NCBI GenBank assembly: GCA_964016885.1
Contig: OZ024742.1
Coordinates: forward strand, 134,478,001 to 134,542,000
DNA length: 64,000 nucleotides
Source: Eledone cirrhosa
Lineage: Eukaryota
Direction: 5' to 3'
The notes under the pieces are model-generated. The model ran no database searches and was not told where the DNA came from. It saw only the letters and a list, made by a program, of their open reading frames with translations. Numbering within the stretch: the first letter of the stretch is position 1; the number at the start of each line of letters is the position of its first letter. Of the stretch, positions 1-12,182 are shown piece after piece. The position numbers were made by a program, and so were the translations under genes.

Positions 1-2693
1 CTTCTCAACATTCTCTACCAGATATTTTGTTTTAGTCTCATTCATTCTCAGCCCCACACTCATCGACACAGTCTCAACCTCCCGCATCAAATCCTCTGCC
101 TCCTTCACTGTATTTGTCACCCAAAACTATGTCGTCGGCAAATTCAGCATCCGATACCTTTTTCGCCCCAACTCTCCTGCTCTGAGCCGGTGCTACAGTA
201 AAGCCAGTGTCCTGGTGTTTCTCCAGTGCAAGGCGCATACAATAGTCCACTACGATGATAAAAAGGTAGGGAGCCAATGTATCTCCCTGGAGCACTCCAG
301 CCAGTATCGCAAAGAACTGTGTCATCCCATCAGGTGTAATGACTTGGGCTTTGGTGTTGGTGTAGAGCAGTGATATCAGGTCCACTATCCTCTTGGGGAT
401 TCCATAAGCCTGTAAGATCTTCATCAGGCAGTAACGGTCCACAGAATCAAAGGCCTTCCTAAAGTCAATGAAAACCATAACCGCAGGAAGGCACTTTGCT
501 CTAGCTCCCTCTAATATCCTCCTCAGCATCAGGATGTGACTGGTGGTTGATCTACCCTCTCTGAAGCCGTTCTGGTTGTCCCCGAGCTTCTTCTCCATCT
601 CAGGCTGGATCCTGTTAAGAATCATCCTGTTGAGGGTCTTTGCCACAAGTGACGTCAGTGAGATCCCCCGGTAGTTGTTGGTGTTAGAGAGATCTCCCTT
701 CTTTGGCACTGGGACGATGTTACTGATCCTCCACTGATTCAGGGCAACTCCTTTCTCCAGTGCCCCGTTACAGAACCCCAGGATGATATCATCAAAATCA
801 CACCTCTTCATCACATCTGATGCCACTCCATCTTCTCCATGAGCCTTGCCCTCTTTGATCTTCTTCTTGGCTCTCTGAAGCTCCTCTCTGGTGAAGGGCT
901 CTGTCTCAACATCCAGTTCCTCAAACAGCCGCCTGATCTCCCCAGTGCTCTGGGCTGTTGAGGGTGGCTCTCCTAGTAGGGTCCTAAAATGGTCTAGCCA
1001 TTTCCTCTTCCTATCCTCGGGCCCCGTTCCCTGGATCTGACTCGAACACCTTTTCTTCCTCCCTGTGATCTCGTTGATGATCATCCAGCTCTCCTTACAT
1101 CCAGATCTGTCAACCGCTCTCTCCACACTTCTGATCTTCTCTATCAGTGCCTCCTCTCTGACCTCAGTGTAAGCGGTACAGAGCTCTTCCCTCATCACCT
1201 CCACAGTCTCCATCCTCTCCTCCGTAGGATCAGCATAGAATTGGTCCCTGGCAGCTTTCAGGTGTTCTCTGGCTGCACACACTTTTGGGTTTGCGGAGCT
1301 GACGCGCTTCCCTTTGTTCTTTTTCCTCGGCACCAGGGTTTCACTTGCTTTCGCCACTGCATTGGTGAAGTGCCCGTACCTCCTCGTCACACTCTCCTCA
1401 GTCCATCCAATCTCTCTCTCCTCTGACTCTCCACACAGAGCACTAAACCTGTTTCTCACTTCCACTGTGAACCTCTCCTGTAGCTTATCATCTTCCTTGA
1501 AAGCTCGCCAGTCATAGATTGTTCTCCGTGGCTGAGCCTTGCTCTTTCTTAAGCTCACGCGGACCTCACTCATAACAAGCCGGTGGTCACTACCCAGTGT
1601 ACTGAAATAGCTGTATGGTTCCGTGTTCAGAACACTATTCCGCCACTTTTTCCTCACCAGAATGAAATCAATCTGGGACTTGGACAGGTGCATATCTGAG
1701 ATGTAGGTCCACATCTTCCCCAGATTCTTCCTAAACCTTAGGTTGGTCGCCATCAAGTTCGCCTCCAGCAGGGTGTCTCTCAGTAGTCTTCCATTTCGGT
1801 TGGTGTTGTTATGGAAGTACCAGCAAGGATCTTCACTGCCCTCCTTACTCAGATGTGCATTGAAGTCCCCCAAAACAAGCAGGATATTGTGTGCCTGAGT
1901 GGTGTTGACAGCTCTACACACCTCCTCATGGAACTCCTCGGCATTCACATCACTGTCCCCCTCGGTTGGACTATAGGCTGAGATGACTGTCAGTCTTGGG
2001 TTTCCATTGAAGGTCACCCTCAACACTCGCGGGGAGATAGGCATTATTTCCCTCACCAACAGATTGGTTTTTGCACTGAACACAAAACCCACTCCTCCTA
2101 CTGCAGCATTTGTTGTGTTCTTCACTGCCGATGTAGTGATGAGCTGGCTCTTCCTCCCGATCATCACACTCCTCACGGGCTCATCGTGTAGAATCTCGTG
2201 TTCTTGGATCGCAAGTATCTGTATACCACTCTCCTCGAACAGATGTCCCAACTCCTCTCTCTTGTCCAGCGTTCGAATAGTCCTCACATTCAAAGTGCCC
2301 ATTTTGATGGGTCTTCTGCAGGACAAAACTGCATTCTTTATATTTGTCTCAGAGACAGCTGATCCATCATCCACTGGCCCTCTCTGCGGCTCTAAGCCAG
2401 CAGAGTCATAACGACCAGGCTGCTCCTTGACAGTGTAATTAGGGGCTCTAACCCTAGTGCTGTTAGATCGACTCTCCATATTTCTTTTCAATGGCTGACA
2501 ATACCTTACCGGCGACACTCGAATAAGGTAGTTATTTAACCCATAAATGGAGCCCTAACAGGTACTACCACCCCGGGCCAGGGCAGACCTGGGAGTCATG
2601 ACAACTAAGGGGTAACTCCACATTCCCCACATCTCCTGAACTCCCGAACTGGAGCCTTGCCACTGGATGTAGTTTAATGTCATACCCAGGACA
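1..2693 (-). mobile_element. RTE-clade non-LTR retrotransposon (APE endonuclease + RT), runs off the window start
   Basis: ORF 74-2518 has APE motifs (GTLNVRT, IQEH, LGDFNAH, SQIDFIL, GSDH) and RT motifs (NYRGISL, FIDFRKAFDSV, GVLQGDTLAP, FADD). The putative 5' UTR extends to ~2693 and abuts (TA)n. Confidence 0.93.
74..2518 (-). pseudogene. RTE APE-RT ORF with a 1-nt frameshift near position 120
   Basis: gtcacccaaaac here versus gtcaccaaaac in the second copy (~29490), so the reading frame is lost just after FADD. Confidence 0.85.
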
Positions 2694-2745
<52 letters not shown>

Positions 2746-2749
<4 letters not shown>

Positions 2750-3263
2750 GTAATAATAATAAATGTGAAGATTAAAATTCGAAGAGGGCTCGATAAGGAT
2801 AATATATATATCAAATATATACAAAATCATAGACCAAATATTGATTAAAATAACCGATTAATGTTTAAGCAAAGAATCACTGTTTTCACCCTTACCCGGA
2901 TCTTCTGAAACTAAAAAAGAACCATCTGTGGACGCAGAAATAAATATTTCAAAAAAGTTTGCAACTAGAGAAAAACTTTGGTTCGTGAAGACGTTCTCTG
3001 GCAATTGCACGCAAAGACAAAACCAAGTTTATGGTATAAATGGAGTCATTGGAGTAATATTCTATTTAGGAAACAAATATTTCTCAGCTTCGGAGTTAAG
3101 AATAATGTAAATAATTTTGTTTAACGAAAATGAAAGTGTTTATTAAAATCATATGAGCAATATTTACCTCTGCGTCCACAGATTATTTTTTTTTTTGCGG
3201 TTTTTCAGTTTCAGAGGATCCCGTTAAGGGCGAAAGCAGTGATTCTTTGCATAACATTTAATC
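2746..3263. mobile_element. TA-flanked non-coding element with inverted arms (family A)
   Basis: 2856-2948 is the inverted repeat of ~3160-3263. A homologous copy lies at ~31975-32457. HHR-like motifs occur at 2863-2911(-) and 3208-3255(+). Confidence 0.65.
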
Positions 3264-3493
3264 TCATATGTATATAAGAGCGTATGTAATACTACACACA
3301 CATATATATATATAAAAGAGCGTATGTAATACTACACACACATATATATATTTAGGTTTGTTTGTTCACCACTGGATAGAACTGGTCATTCTGTATGGTC
3401 AATCTCGATGTAATATTATGGAGAGCACTCAAGGTAATGCATCTCCCCCGTCTTCGTTTGTGTGGTTGGTGGGGCGAGTACGGAGTTAATTAT

Positions 3494-3895
3494 TATAAAA
3501 TAACAGGATGCTGGACTGGTGTAAATCCTTGAAAGCTTTATTATACTATGATCATTTCAATGATCGGGTTCAGTATGAATACGGTGATATCAGGTATTCA
3601 AAATATAACAAAGGAATATAACAGATAAAATCCATGGGGTTGAGAATCAGAGACAGGAGGACGGCCGACTATTTAGCAGCTTCTACCTCGAGGGCGGCCG
3701 ACTGAGTTAGAAGCTGCTAAATAGTCGGTCGTCCTCTTGTCTCTGATGTTCATCCACATGGATTTTATCTGTTATATTCCGTTGTTATATTTTGAATACC
3801 TGATGATATCACCGGATTCATACTGAACCCGGTGATTGAAATGATCATAGTATAATAACACTTTCAAGGATTTACACCAGTCCAGCCTCCTGTTA

Positions 3896-3902
<7 letters not shown>
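3494..3902. mobile_element. Fold-back (palindromic) element with hammerhead (family B)
   Basis: ~190-bp inverted arms around a ~22-nt loop (3685-3706). The right end runs into (TA)n. Confidence 0.85.
3796..3853 (+). ncRNA. Minimal type I hammerhead ribozyme
   Basis: ATAC-CTGATGA-tATCACCGG..CCGGTGATt-GAAA-TGATCA-TA-GTAT: stem I ATAC/GTAT, palindromic stem III ATGATCAT. Confidence 0.85.
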
Positions 3903-3934
<32 letters not shown>

Positions 3935-3940
<6 letters not shown>

Positions 3941-5022
3941 TAGAGTATGTACATAGAATCATTTGATAAAATATATACACCATTTCCTCTCCCAATTAGC
4001 ATAATTAACCACATAAAAAATCAATTAGACCAGGCTATAAGAATAAAGGCTCCTATGAAGAAATAGTTGATAAATAAACTACAGCAGCTTCTTCGCGGCC
4101 GAACGCAATAGAATATTTACCCAACATTTCAACAGCATGTAGAAATTGACTAAATATACCGTCAACCACACACAATTAGGTATAAATTTAAAGTTAGAAG
4201 AAATGCGTACACTGTTACCATGATTATGTCCCTACCCTGGGGTTTCGTTCGCGTTTTGAGATATCCTATTAAGGACAAAATCTCGAGGAGCCACACCGTG
4301 AATGGTTGCCACATATATATCTGTGACTTTGTTTAGTTTGTATATATGTAATTATTTGTATTTAATAATCTCCCATTAGGTTGAGATGCAATTTGGGCAA
4401 TGTTGGGCTGCGCTTTCTAGCAACCAGCCCACTTGCCATAAGCAACTAATCAGATTCTTTCTAACTTGACCACTGCCACGTCACGATTCTTAGCCATTTT
4501 TTAATCTATTTCTGGCGGGGATCGCTTTGGAAAATTACCTGTCCTATGAGTTTGTCTCCTGATGAGTTCGAAACTCGAGATTTTATCCTTAATAGGATAT
4601 CTCAAAACGCGTACGAAACCCCAGGGTAGGGACATAATCATGGTAAGAGTGTACGCATTTCTTCTAACTTTAAATTTATACCTAATTGTTAATGGTTGAC
4701 GGTATATTTAGTCGATTTTTACATGCTGTTGAAATGTGTAAATATTCTATTGCGGTCGTCAGCGAAGAGGCTGCTGCGGTTTATTTATCAACTATTTCTT
4801 CATAGGAGCCTTTATTCTTATAGCCTGGTCTAATTGATTTTTTTATGTGGTTAATTATGGTAACTGGGAGAGAAAATGGTGTATATATTTTATCAAATGA
4901 TTCTATGGACATAATTTATGATATATTGCTCTGATTATTTAATTTATTAACTCTTAAATTCAGCCACATCGTGAATGGTTGCCACATATATATCTGTGAC
5001 TTTGTTTAGTTTGTATATATGT
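3935..5022 (+). mobile_element. Retrozyme/PLE-derived element with inverted 5' arm and terminally redundant 673-nt monomer (family C)
   Basis: 3935-4287 is inverted relative to 4574-4925. Direct repeats lie at 4289-4349 and 4962-5022. (TA)n flanks both sides. Confidence 0.85.
4553..4634 (+). ncRNA. Type I hammerhead ribozyme
   Basis: TGTCTC-CTGATGA-GTTCG..(inner hairpin)..CGTAC-GAAA-CCC-CA-GGG-TA-GGGACA: 6-bp stem I, intact core, GUA cleavage triplet. Confidence 0.92.
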
Positions 5023-5042
5023 CAATCTTTATATATATATAT

Positions 5043-5102
<60 letters not shown>

Positions 5103-5104
<2 letters not shown>

Positions 5105-6147
5105 AGTGGGTTTAACTAGGAGTTACTGCATGTTCACCCGGGTGAGCACTCGATGTTTAGGTTCACTTCTGTGATGATGTGTAGAGCTATACAGAGTGTA
5201 AAATATAGAAAGGACAAAAAGGACGATTGATTATTCCTTCTTTGCATTTATTGATAGGTGACGCGCGTTTCGCCACTGATCAGCTCAAAGTTCGATCTAT
5301 ATCGATCCTACCCGACTCAATAATCGGCAGCTCGACGGACCCTCTTAAAATGCTATAAGAAAATGAAATACATGCTATGTGGTAATGTCAGAGTTTCAAG
5401 AGTTTGACAAAATGAGGTGTTTTGATTGGTGAGAAGGATCAAGGCGGTGTACTGGCCTGTAGTGTATATGGGGTTGGGTGTGATGGTGAGATGTTGGTGA
5501 CGGTCTGTGGATGAGGTGGGCTGTGGTGTGGTGGTGGTGGGTTGGCCTTGGCGTGTTGAGTATGTGGGGGTGGATGTGATGATATGGTGGTGGTTAAGGT
5601 TATTTAGTGGGATGGGCTGTGGTATGAGGTTAGTGGATTTTCAGTAGACAGGTTGGCGTGTGGGTGGGGGTGTGGTAGTGGTGTCTTTGTCTATGGTAGC
5701 GGCGTTTGTGGTGGTGTGGTAGATGTATTGGTGGCGTCAGGTGCTTACATAGATACATAGTTACGCGCTCTTCGTCTGACAGATACCTTGTATATACGTA
5801 TACGTACACACATATATGTATATATGTGCACATATATTGTTGCATGAACACACACAACATAAAACACATACGCACATTCTTGCCCACACATAACGGCATA
5901 CGCTCACACACACCCATATGTATATGTACACACATGTATGTGCATGCACGCATGCGGATACGAATATGGAGAGTGGGGAGTATCGGTGGGGGTGGCGAAC
6001 GACAGAGATGGGGGGAAGGTGAGAGGCGATGTAGAAGGTGTTTTACATATATACATACACATATATACAAATGGGTATGGGCACATGGACTCACACTCAT
6101 GTATGCAAGATATACACATACACACTCGCACACGCGTATACTCATAC

Positions 6148-6178
<31 letters not shown>

Positions 6179-7278
6179 CACACATATGTACCGACAACAC
6201 ACACATACACGCACATATACACATACATGCACATATATGAGCTCACCTACACATACAGTCAGATTTACCCATATACATATATGTAGACGTACACATACAC
6301 ACACATACATACACATACATATATACACACACATACACATATGCATAAACATAAATACATATATATACAGATATATATATATACACACATATAGACATAT
6401 GCATACTCATGTGTTCACATACACACACACACACATACAGATAAATTTGCGTACACGCAAGCACACTTAAAACGCCCGTATGAGTAAAATACTTACACAC
6501 AGACACACACACTATTGTTGGTTGGGGAGTGGAGGTACGTGTTGTCGGTGTTGATGAAGTATGGAGTTGTGTTTTGTGGTGGTAGTGGTGGTGGAGTTGT
6601 GAGGGACAAAAATATATATACCGCATCGAATACCGGTTAAAAGGTGACATAGGGAACGCGGGGTAAAGCGTTTATGAACGTACGGCGACGTGTGTTGTGG
6701 ACATGGTGATGGTGGTGGTGCTGGGGTGATATGTTCGGCAAGATGATTACATGATCAGAGGTTACAGTGTGTTATATGGTAGGCAGACAGGTGGTGGGGG
6801 TTATATAATACAGTCGATTTGAGAGCGAGGGATGATATGTGTTGATGATGTTAATGATAATGATTGTTGAAGTATGTGGATGTATTTAGTGGTGGCGATG
6901 GTTGTGTGTGCGTGCAACAGTACAGTTACAGGGTCGAATTTAGCGTGGGGTTGCAGGTTAGGGTAGATAGAGGGAACATGGGGGGATGAGGTTGTAGGCG
7001 TGTATGGTATGCACATGACGATGTGTGGTGTGGTGGTGGTGGCGATGGTGTGATATGATCTACATTGTATCCACAAGGTCCCTTGTCATTGTGGATTGCA
7101 AGGTAGAACGTATCATATGGTACCGATTTAATGCGATGTTGCAACTATGAGGTGTGTATGTTGATGTGAATTTTGGTGGCGGTGATGGTGATGTGTGCGG
7201 CATGATATACAAATGGGGGCTTAGAGATGGTAACATGGAGTACAATACAATAAGATCATTGAGGTGGGCGATGTTGAA
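5103..7278 (-). mobile_element. Probable 5'-truncated PLE 3' region (CA-rich low-complexity UTR + pLTR with degenerate HHR)
   Basis: Minus strand at 5256-5342 reads GGGT-CCGTCGA-GCTGC..GTGGC-GAAA-CGCGCG-TC-ACCT. The preceding CA-rich tract parallels the UTR of the PLE at 52080-52368. Confidence 0.5.
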
Positions 7279-7940
7279 GTGTACTCAACCAAACAGAGAT
7301 AGGAAAGACTGTTATTAGGAGCGAAATATCACGATAAATTAACGTTAATTTATCGTGATATTTCGCTCCTAACTCTGTTTGGTTGAGCACACTTCTCTGA
7401 GTGGGTTTGGGCTGCCCTTTCTAGCAGTTCGTCTCTCAGAAGCCACTGGTTCACTGCCCCTGAACACGTTTTGACTTCTCTCTCCCACGTGTAGCTGGAC
7501 AGTCAATTGTAAAATTCTCTTAGTGTTCTCTGAAATGTATGGCCTTACACACGCTGATGAACCGAGACTAGACCATTTCTTTCAACAAAATTTGTTGGTG
7601 AAACATATCTTTGGATTTGTACGTGTGTTATATAGTTATAAAGGTATTTATTTACGCTTTAATTTATATTTTTAATTATCGTGTCTATAGTCTGCCTTTC
7701 ATAGGTTATAGATACCATACACTGGTGGTTTTTTCCCTGTATTATTGATAACGCACTATATATCTCTCTCTGGTGTGTTATTGCATATTGTATTTTAAAG
7801 AGCATATTGTATTTTAAAGAGCTCAGGATATTGTATTTTACAGCATATTGTATTTTAAAGAGCTCAGGATCTCTTCTCCTGTGAGAACACTATTTACAGG
7901 GAATAACGACGGCCTATGCCTCCGTTAATTTATCGTTATA
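7279..7940 (+). mobile_element. Hammerhead element with 5' fold-back cap and short terminal redundancy (family E)
   Basis: 58-bp perfect palindrome at 7315-7372. cgttaatttatcgt occurs at 7343 and again at 7923. The element ends in (TA)n. Confidence 0.75.
7547..7628 (+). ncRNA. Type I hammerhead ribozyme
   Basis: ACACACG-CTGATGA-ACCGA..TTGGT-GAAA-CATATCT-TT-GGATTTG-TA-CGTGTGT: 7-bp stem I, intact core, GUA triplet. Confidence 0.93.
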
Positions 7941-8007
7941 TATATATATATATATATATAGTCCATTTATCGTTTTCGGTGCATCCAGCCGACTGGACTC
8001 ACTCGAT

Positions 8008-8015
8008 ATGCAAAT
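8008..8015 (+). promoter_or_regulatory. Octamer motif ATGCAAAT conserved in family F units
   Basis: Present ~88 nt upstream of the HHR core in all six HHR-bearing units (e.g. 8449, 27727). Confidence 0.35.
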
Positions 8016-8089
8016 TAGGCTGCTAACCCGTTAATATGCATACGGAAAGTATATACTTTCAGACATTCAACCATCTGGCAGGAAGGTAT

Positions 8090-8132
8090 ACGATGCTGAC
8101 GATAGCTAATAAGCTTGAAACTAGTACATCGT
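8090..8132 (+). ncRNA. Minimal type I hammerhead ribozyme (family F)
   Basis: ACGATG-CTGACGA-tAGCT-AATA-AGCTt-GAAA-CTAG-TA-CATCGT: palindromic stem III ACTAGT. Stem I can extend via CAGGA/TCCTG. Confidence 0.92.
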
Positions 8133-8530
8133 TCCTGTGTCATTTTGAACAAAAAGGTGACGTGGTTGCCTAAACACTGTACGGCGTAATTCGAACTATT
8201 TGTTTACAAACAAACAAACCGAGCATTATAATAAATGTTCGGTAAACCGATACGTGCATATATATATGTGCATGTATGTATATATATATACACACTACTG
8301 TACGTCTGTATACTTATAGGTATGTACGTATACATACATACATACTTACAATTAAGTAAGTGCCGTACTAAGAGTGAGAAATGAAATTCCGTTTCATTCT
8401 ATTCCATTTATCGTTTTCGGTGCGCCCAACCGACTGAACTGACTCGATATGCAAATTGGGCTGCTCAGCCGTTATTATGCATAAGGAAAGTATACACTTT
8501 CAGACGTTCAACCCTTTGGCAGGAAGGTAT

Positions 8531-8573
8531 AATATGCTGACGATAGCTAATAAGCTTGAAACTAGTACATCGT
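8531..8573 (+). ncRNA. Hammerhead ribozyme (family F, stem I partly mutated)
   Basis: Intact CTGACGA/GAAA-CTAG-TA core. The 5' strand of stem I reads AATATG. Confidence 0.8.
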
Positions 8574-9769
8574 TCCTGTGTCAGTGTTGAACCAAACGGT
8601 GACGTGGTTGCCTAAACACTGTACGGCGTAATTCAGGCTGTTTGTTTGTAAACAAACAAACAAACCGAGCATAAAAATAAATGTTCGGTAAACCGATAGG
8701 TGCATATATATATGTGTGCATATATGTATATATATACATACTACTGTACCTCTGTATATATATGTATGTACGCATACATGCATACATACTTACATTTAAG
8801 TAAGTGCCGTACTAAGAGTGAGAAATTAAATTTCGTTTCATTCTATTCCATTTATATATATATATGTATATATACGCTCAGGGACTCAATATATATAATA
8901 TATATATATATATATATAAGATTTATGGAGTTGTGCTTGGTTGCACAAAGTTTAGATACGAATACAATTAGTTCTCCATCAGTGATCTTCCAATTTGCAT
9001 TGGTATTTCATCGCTTTAAAAATCATATACCTCTGGTTGGTGCGAGCAATAACAAAATAAAGTTATTCGAACAAGTAAAATAGGGTGAAACGGGCGAGAA
9101 ATGTAAACAAACAACGATGGTAGTGCAACGGAAATATATGAAGAGACAACTACATGATATCTGTAAACTTAAGCTTGGTGAATTCATGGAGGAGAGATAC
9201 AGACCATCCGACATGAGTGAGATGTGAGCGAGAAAAGGGCTTCACACAGGTCAAACGGGAGGAAGTGAGAAAGGGGGAGAAGCAGAGAGTGAGTGAGTGT
9301 AAGTGTAAGGAAGAGGCCAACCGAGAGAGAGAGTGTGACTGGCAGAGGGGTTGAAAGGAAGGTGAAAGATACAGCGAGAGGGCAAGCAGTAAGAAAGAAA
9401 CAGACAATCGCAGCTGAGGAAAAAATATAAATATAAGAACAATGGAGTTTATTCTGTGGTTGCACATGGGTTACATATGAATCAAATTAGTATATATATA
9501 TATGTACTATTACATACGCTGAGGTACTCAAAATCACCCCATATGTATGCACGGGAAATATACTTCCGCCTATCTTGCAGAACATGAAATTATTGTATAG
9601 TGATCATCTATTCGTCTCCGGACATTGATTTATGAAAGCTGAACGCTTTCACGTTTCTATTGACAGTGCAGTGTAAACAAAATCAAGCGAGCTCATATAC
9701 TTCATCAGGATATCACCTTTCATAAAATATACAATTTCTCCTTTGATCTCTACTTTTGAATATATTTAC

Positions 9770-9841
9770 CATCAGATATGTGAAATTGTATACACAATTT
9801 ATTGCATGTGTGTCTGAAATCCAATATAATTGTAGACATTT
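9770..9841 (-). CDS. Weak candidate host-gene exon (72 nt)
   Basis: Acceptor ttttcatctattccag and donor ATG|gtaaat. Open in two frames, with no recognised homology. Confidence 0.2.
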
Positions 9842-12138
9842 CTGGAATAGATGAAAATGATCAAATTTACTTCTAATTTCAATTTTAATTGCTACCCAAC
9901 CGTCGTTATACTCTGATCATTTGCGTGCCACAAACACATCAACATTCCTTACCATTCATTAACTTACTATTATCTCTTCAAACAGTTCAGACATGGTTAA
10001 TTAACATCATTTTTACTTTGAATATTAAGTAACTTTCAATGCTTGTAATAACTTAATTTTATATATGTCGGCTAGAAATTTATGCACATATATATAAAAT
10101 TATTCTGGACCTGCGCTGAATGAATTAATGTCTGTATAACTTCAATTTCCTGGCATTAATTGGATAAGCGGTATATGTTCACATACACAGGATGCTAAAC
10201 GTTGATAAACTTCCTGCATTATTTCTAATATATTCGAAAATGTTGCTGGATAATGCAAAATATGTCATTATTTAAATAAAGATAAATTTACAAATACTTG
10301 AGGAAATGATTTAGTTAATTCGGAAAGAAAATATGTACTTTTAATTTCAGTCAAATATCCATTAGACCATTTTCATTCGACCATTCTGTCTTTTAGTATC
10401 TAATTGTCGATCAAAACCTGGTGACACCCTTTATGAATTTACAGGTTTCTCATGTAATGTTTGATAATGAATACAATACTGGTTTCCCATTGCTTTCTAT
10501 CATGTATTTTTCAAAGACTCAGTAACATACTGATATCGATGTAATTGGCAGCCTGTCTGTGCCAACACACAATGTGCAAGCAAGGTCAACACAATTTGTT
10601 CTGATATAAACGATCTATAATTTTAAAACAATTTCAATTTGAATCATCGAAATTTGATTAAGGTTCGACTGGAATATCATGATAAAGCAGACTAAGCTAC
10701 AAATGCCACTAATCCTCAGCCAATTTTATACATAAAATCTGGAGGTGTAAAAATACTGAAAACCTTTAAAATGTTGCGGAAGTTTAATGCAAAACTTATG
10801 AAGATATGAGAATAATAATTTTCAATTTATAGAGCGAAAACTTTATGAATTAATTAAATGAAATTTTCTTATTGCAAATATCGTTTTGTCTGATACGTTG
10901 ACTGACTGAAATTTCGGAACCAAGACCATTCGAATCAATTGAATATTAGTATTCAATTTTTTTTTTATTGTCGACGTATACACCAGCTTCACTAAATTTC
11001 GGATTTTAACATTTACTACATCTAATCGAAAAAGATTTCTATGTTTTCACTGTTGTGTACGAATTTTGTAATAATGGACGAAGTTATTGAAAAGTCTGTG
11101 TCTATTATTGCACGAACATCATTAAAAAACGACGGTAGGTAATTTCTCAATATTTCAAGGATGGTTTAAATTATCAGGAAAATTAATAATAAATAACTGA
11201 TTTATGAGTTGCGTGTAAAAGAACTCTCTTTAACTCCAAAAGGTTAACATCTTAGCGGTTGATTAGTAAATATCGAGACATTTCTACACATCAAAACAGA
11301 CCAATTCAATAAATCAATTTAGATTTATTTATTTTTGGTTTTCAGTTCTATTTATTTTTACGGTCAACACACTTATTTCAAAAAGATTTGTTCGCCTCCT
11401 GCCAAGTCCTCATGAAATATTGATTTCCCAGATAGGTAGTAAGTTTGAAATGTGTTCTACAGTATTAACGATTAACTTAATCATAATGCATTAATCGTAT
11501 TTTATTTTATTAACGGCGGGAGAATTTTGAATGCCAAATTTGATTTGTGGGATTTGATCGCAGAATGTGGTGGTCCTCATGGACTAAAACGTTTTCGAAT
11601 ACTAAATGTATCATTTCACTGAAAATTACGCCAGTATTGGCAACGATATCTGTATAGACAAAATTTCGGTGGATCAAGAATATCTAGTTTTTATATATTT
11701 ACGATTAAAATGTTGAAAAGAAAATCTTCAACAAGTATTCCATCCAGGAGGATTACTGGCAGATTGCGCCAGCACATATTATTTCAATGAGTGGCGTTGA
11801 AAAACAAGAATAAAGTACTTTACCAGAGATGTTTCCATAAATTTCTTCCGAATTCTATATATTAAAGAATACTAATTTATATTTATAGCACACAAACAAC
11901 GCATTCTACAAAATAGTTAACTGAATACACATGAGCTTTTTCTAAAACTAAACAAGTACCCTTCTTTTCTCTTCCCATTCTCACTCTTTTTATTTCACTT
12001 TTTAATTCTCATTCTATCTTCAACTGAAAAACTAGTGTTCACAATTTACAGACACTTTTCCTAAAATATGAAGTGTAAACTAATAGCATTCTTCATTTTA
12101 CTGTCCAATTTCCATTAATTTTGCCGTCGTTAATGTTT

Positions 12139-12182
<44 letters not shown>

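Larger units (their letters stand above)
7962..8854 (+). mobile_element. Tandem dimer of 441-bp hammerhead repeat (non-LTR retrozyme-like, family F)
   Basis: CTGACGA cores at 8096 and 8537 (441 apart). (TA)n flanks. Confidence 0.9.

Noticed and set aside
5630-6650. Long overlapping ORFs (up to 254 aa)
   Set aside because: Translations of CA/TA low-complexity sequence. The same applies to all [16 protein letters not shown], poly-S/L/T/V ORFs in the track.
8970-9015. Minus-strand GAAA..CTGATGG motif
   Set aside because: No UH cleavage site and no stem I or II pairing.
9630-9715. Minus-strand CTGATGA..GAAA
   Set aside because: Stems I and II do not pair.
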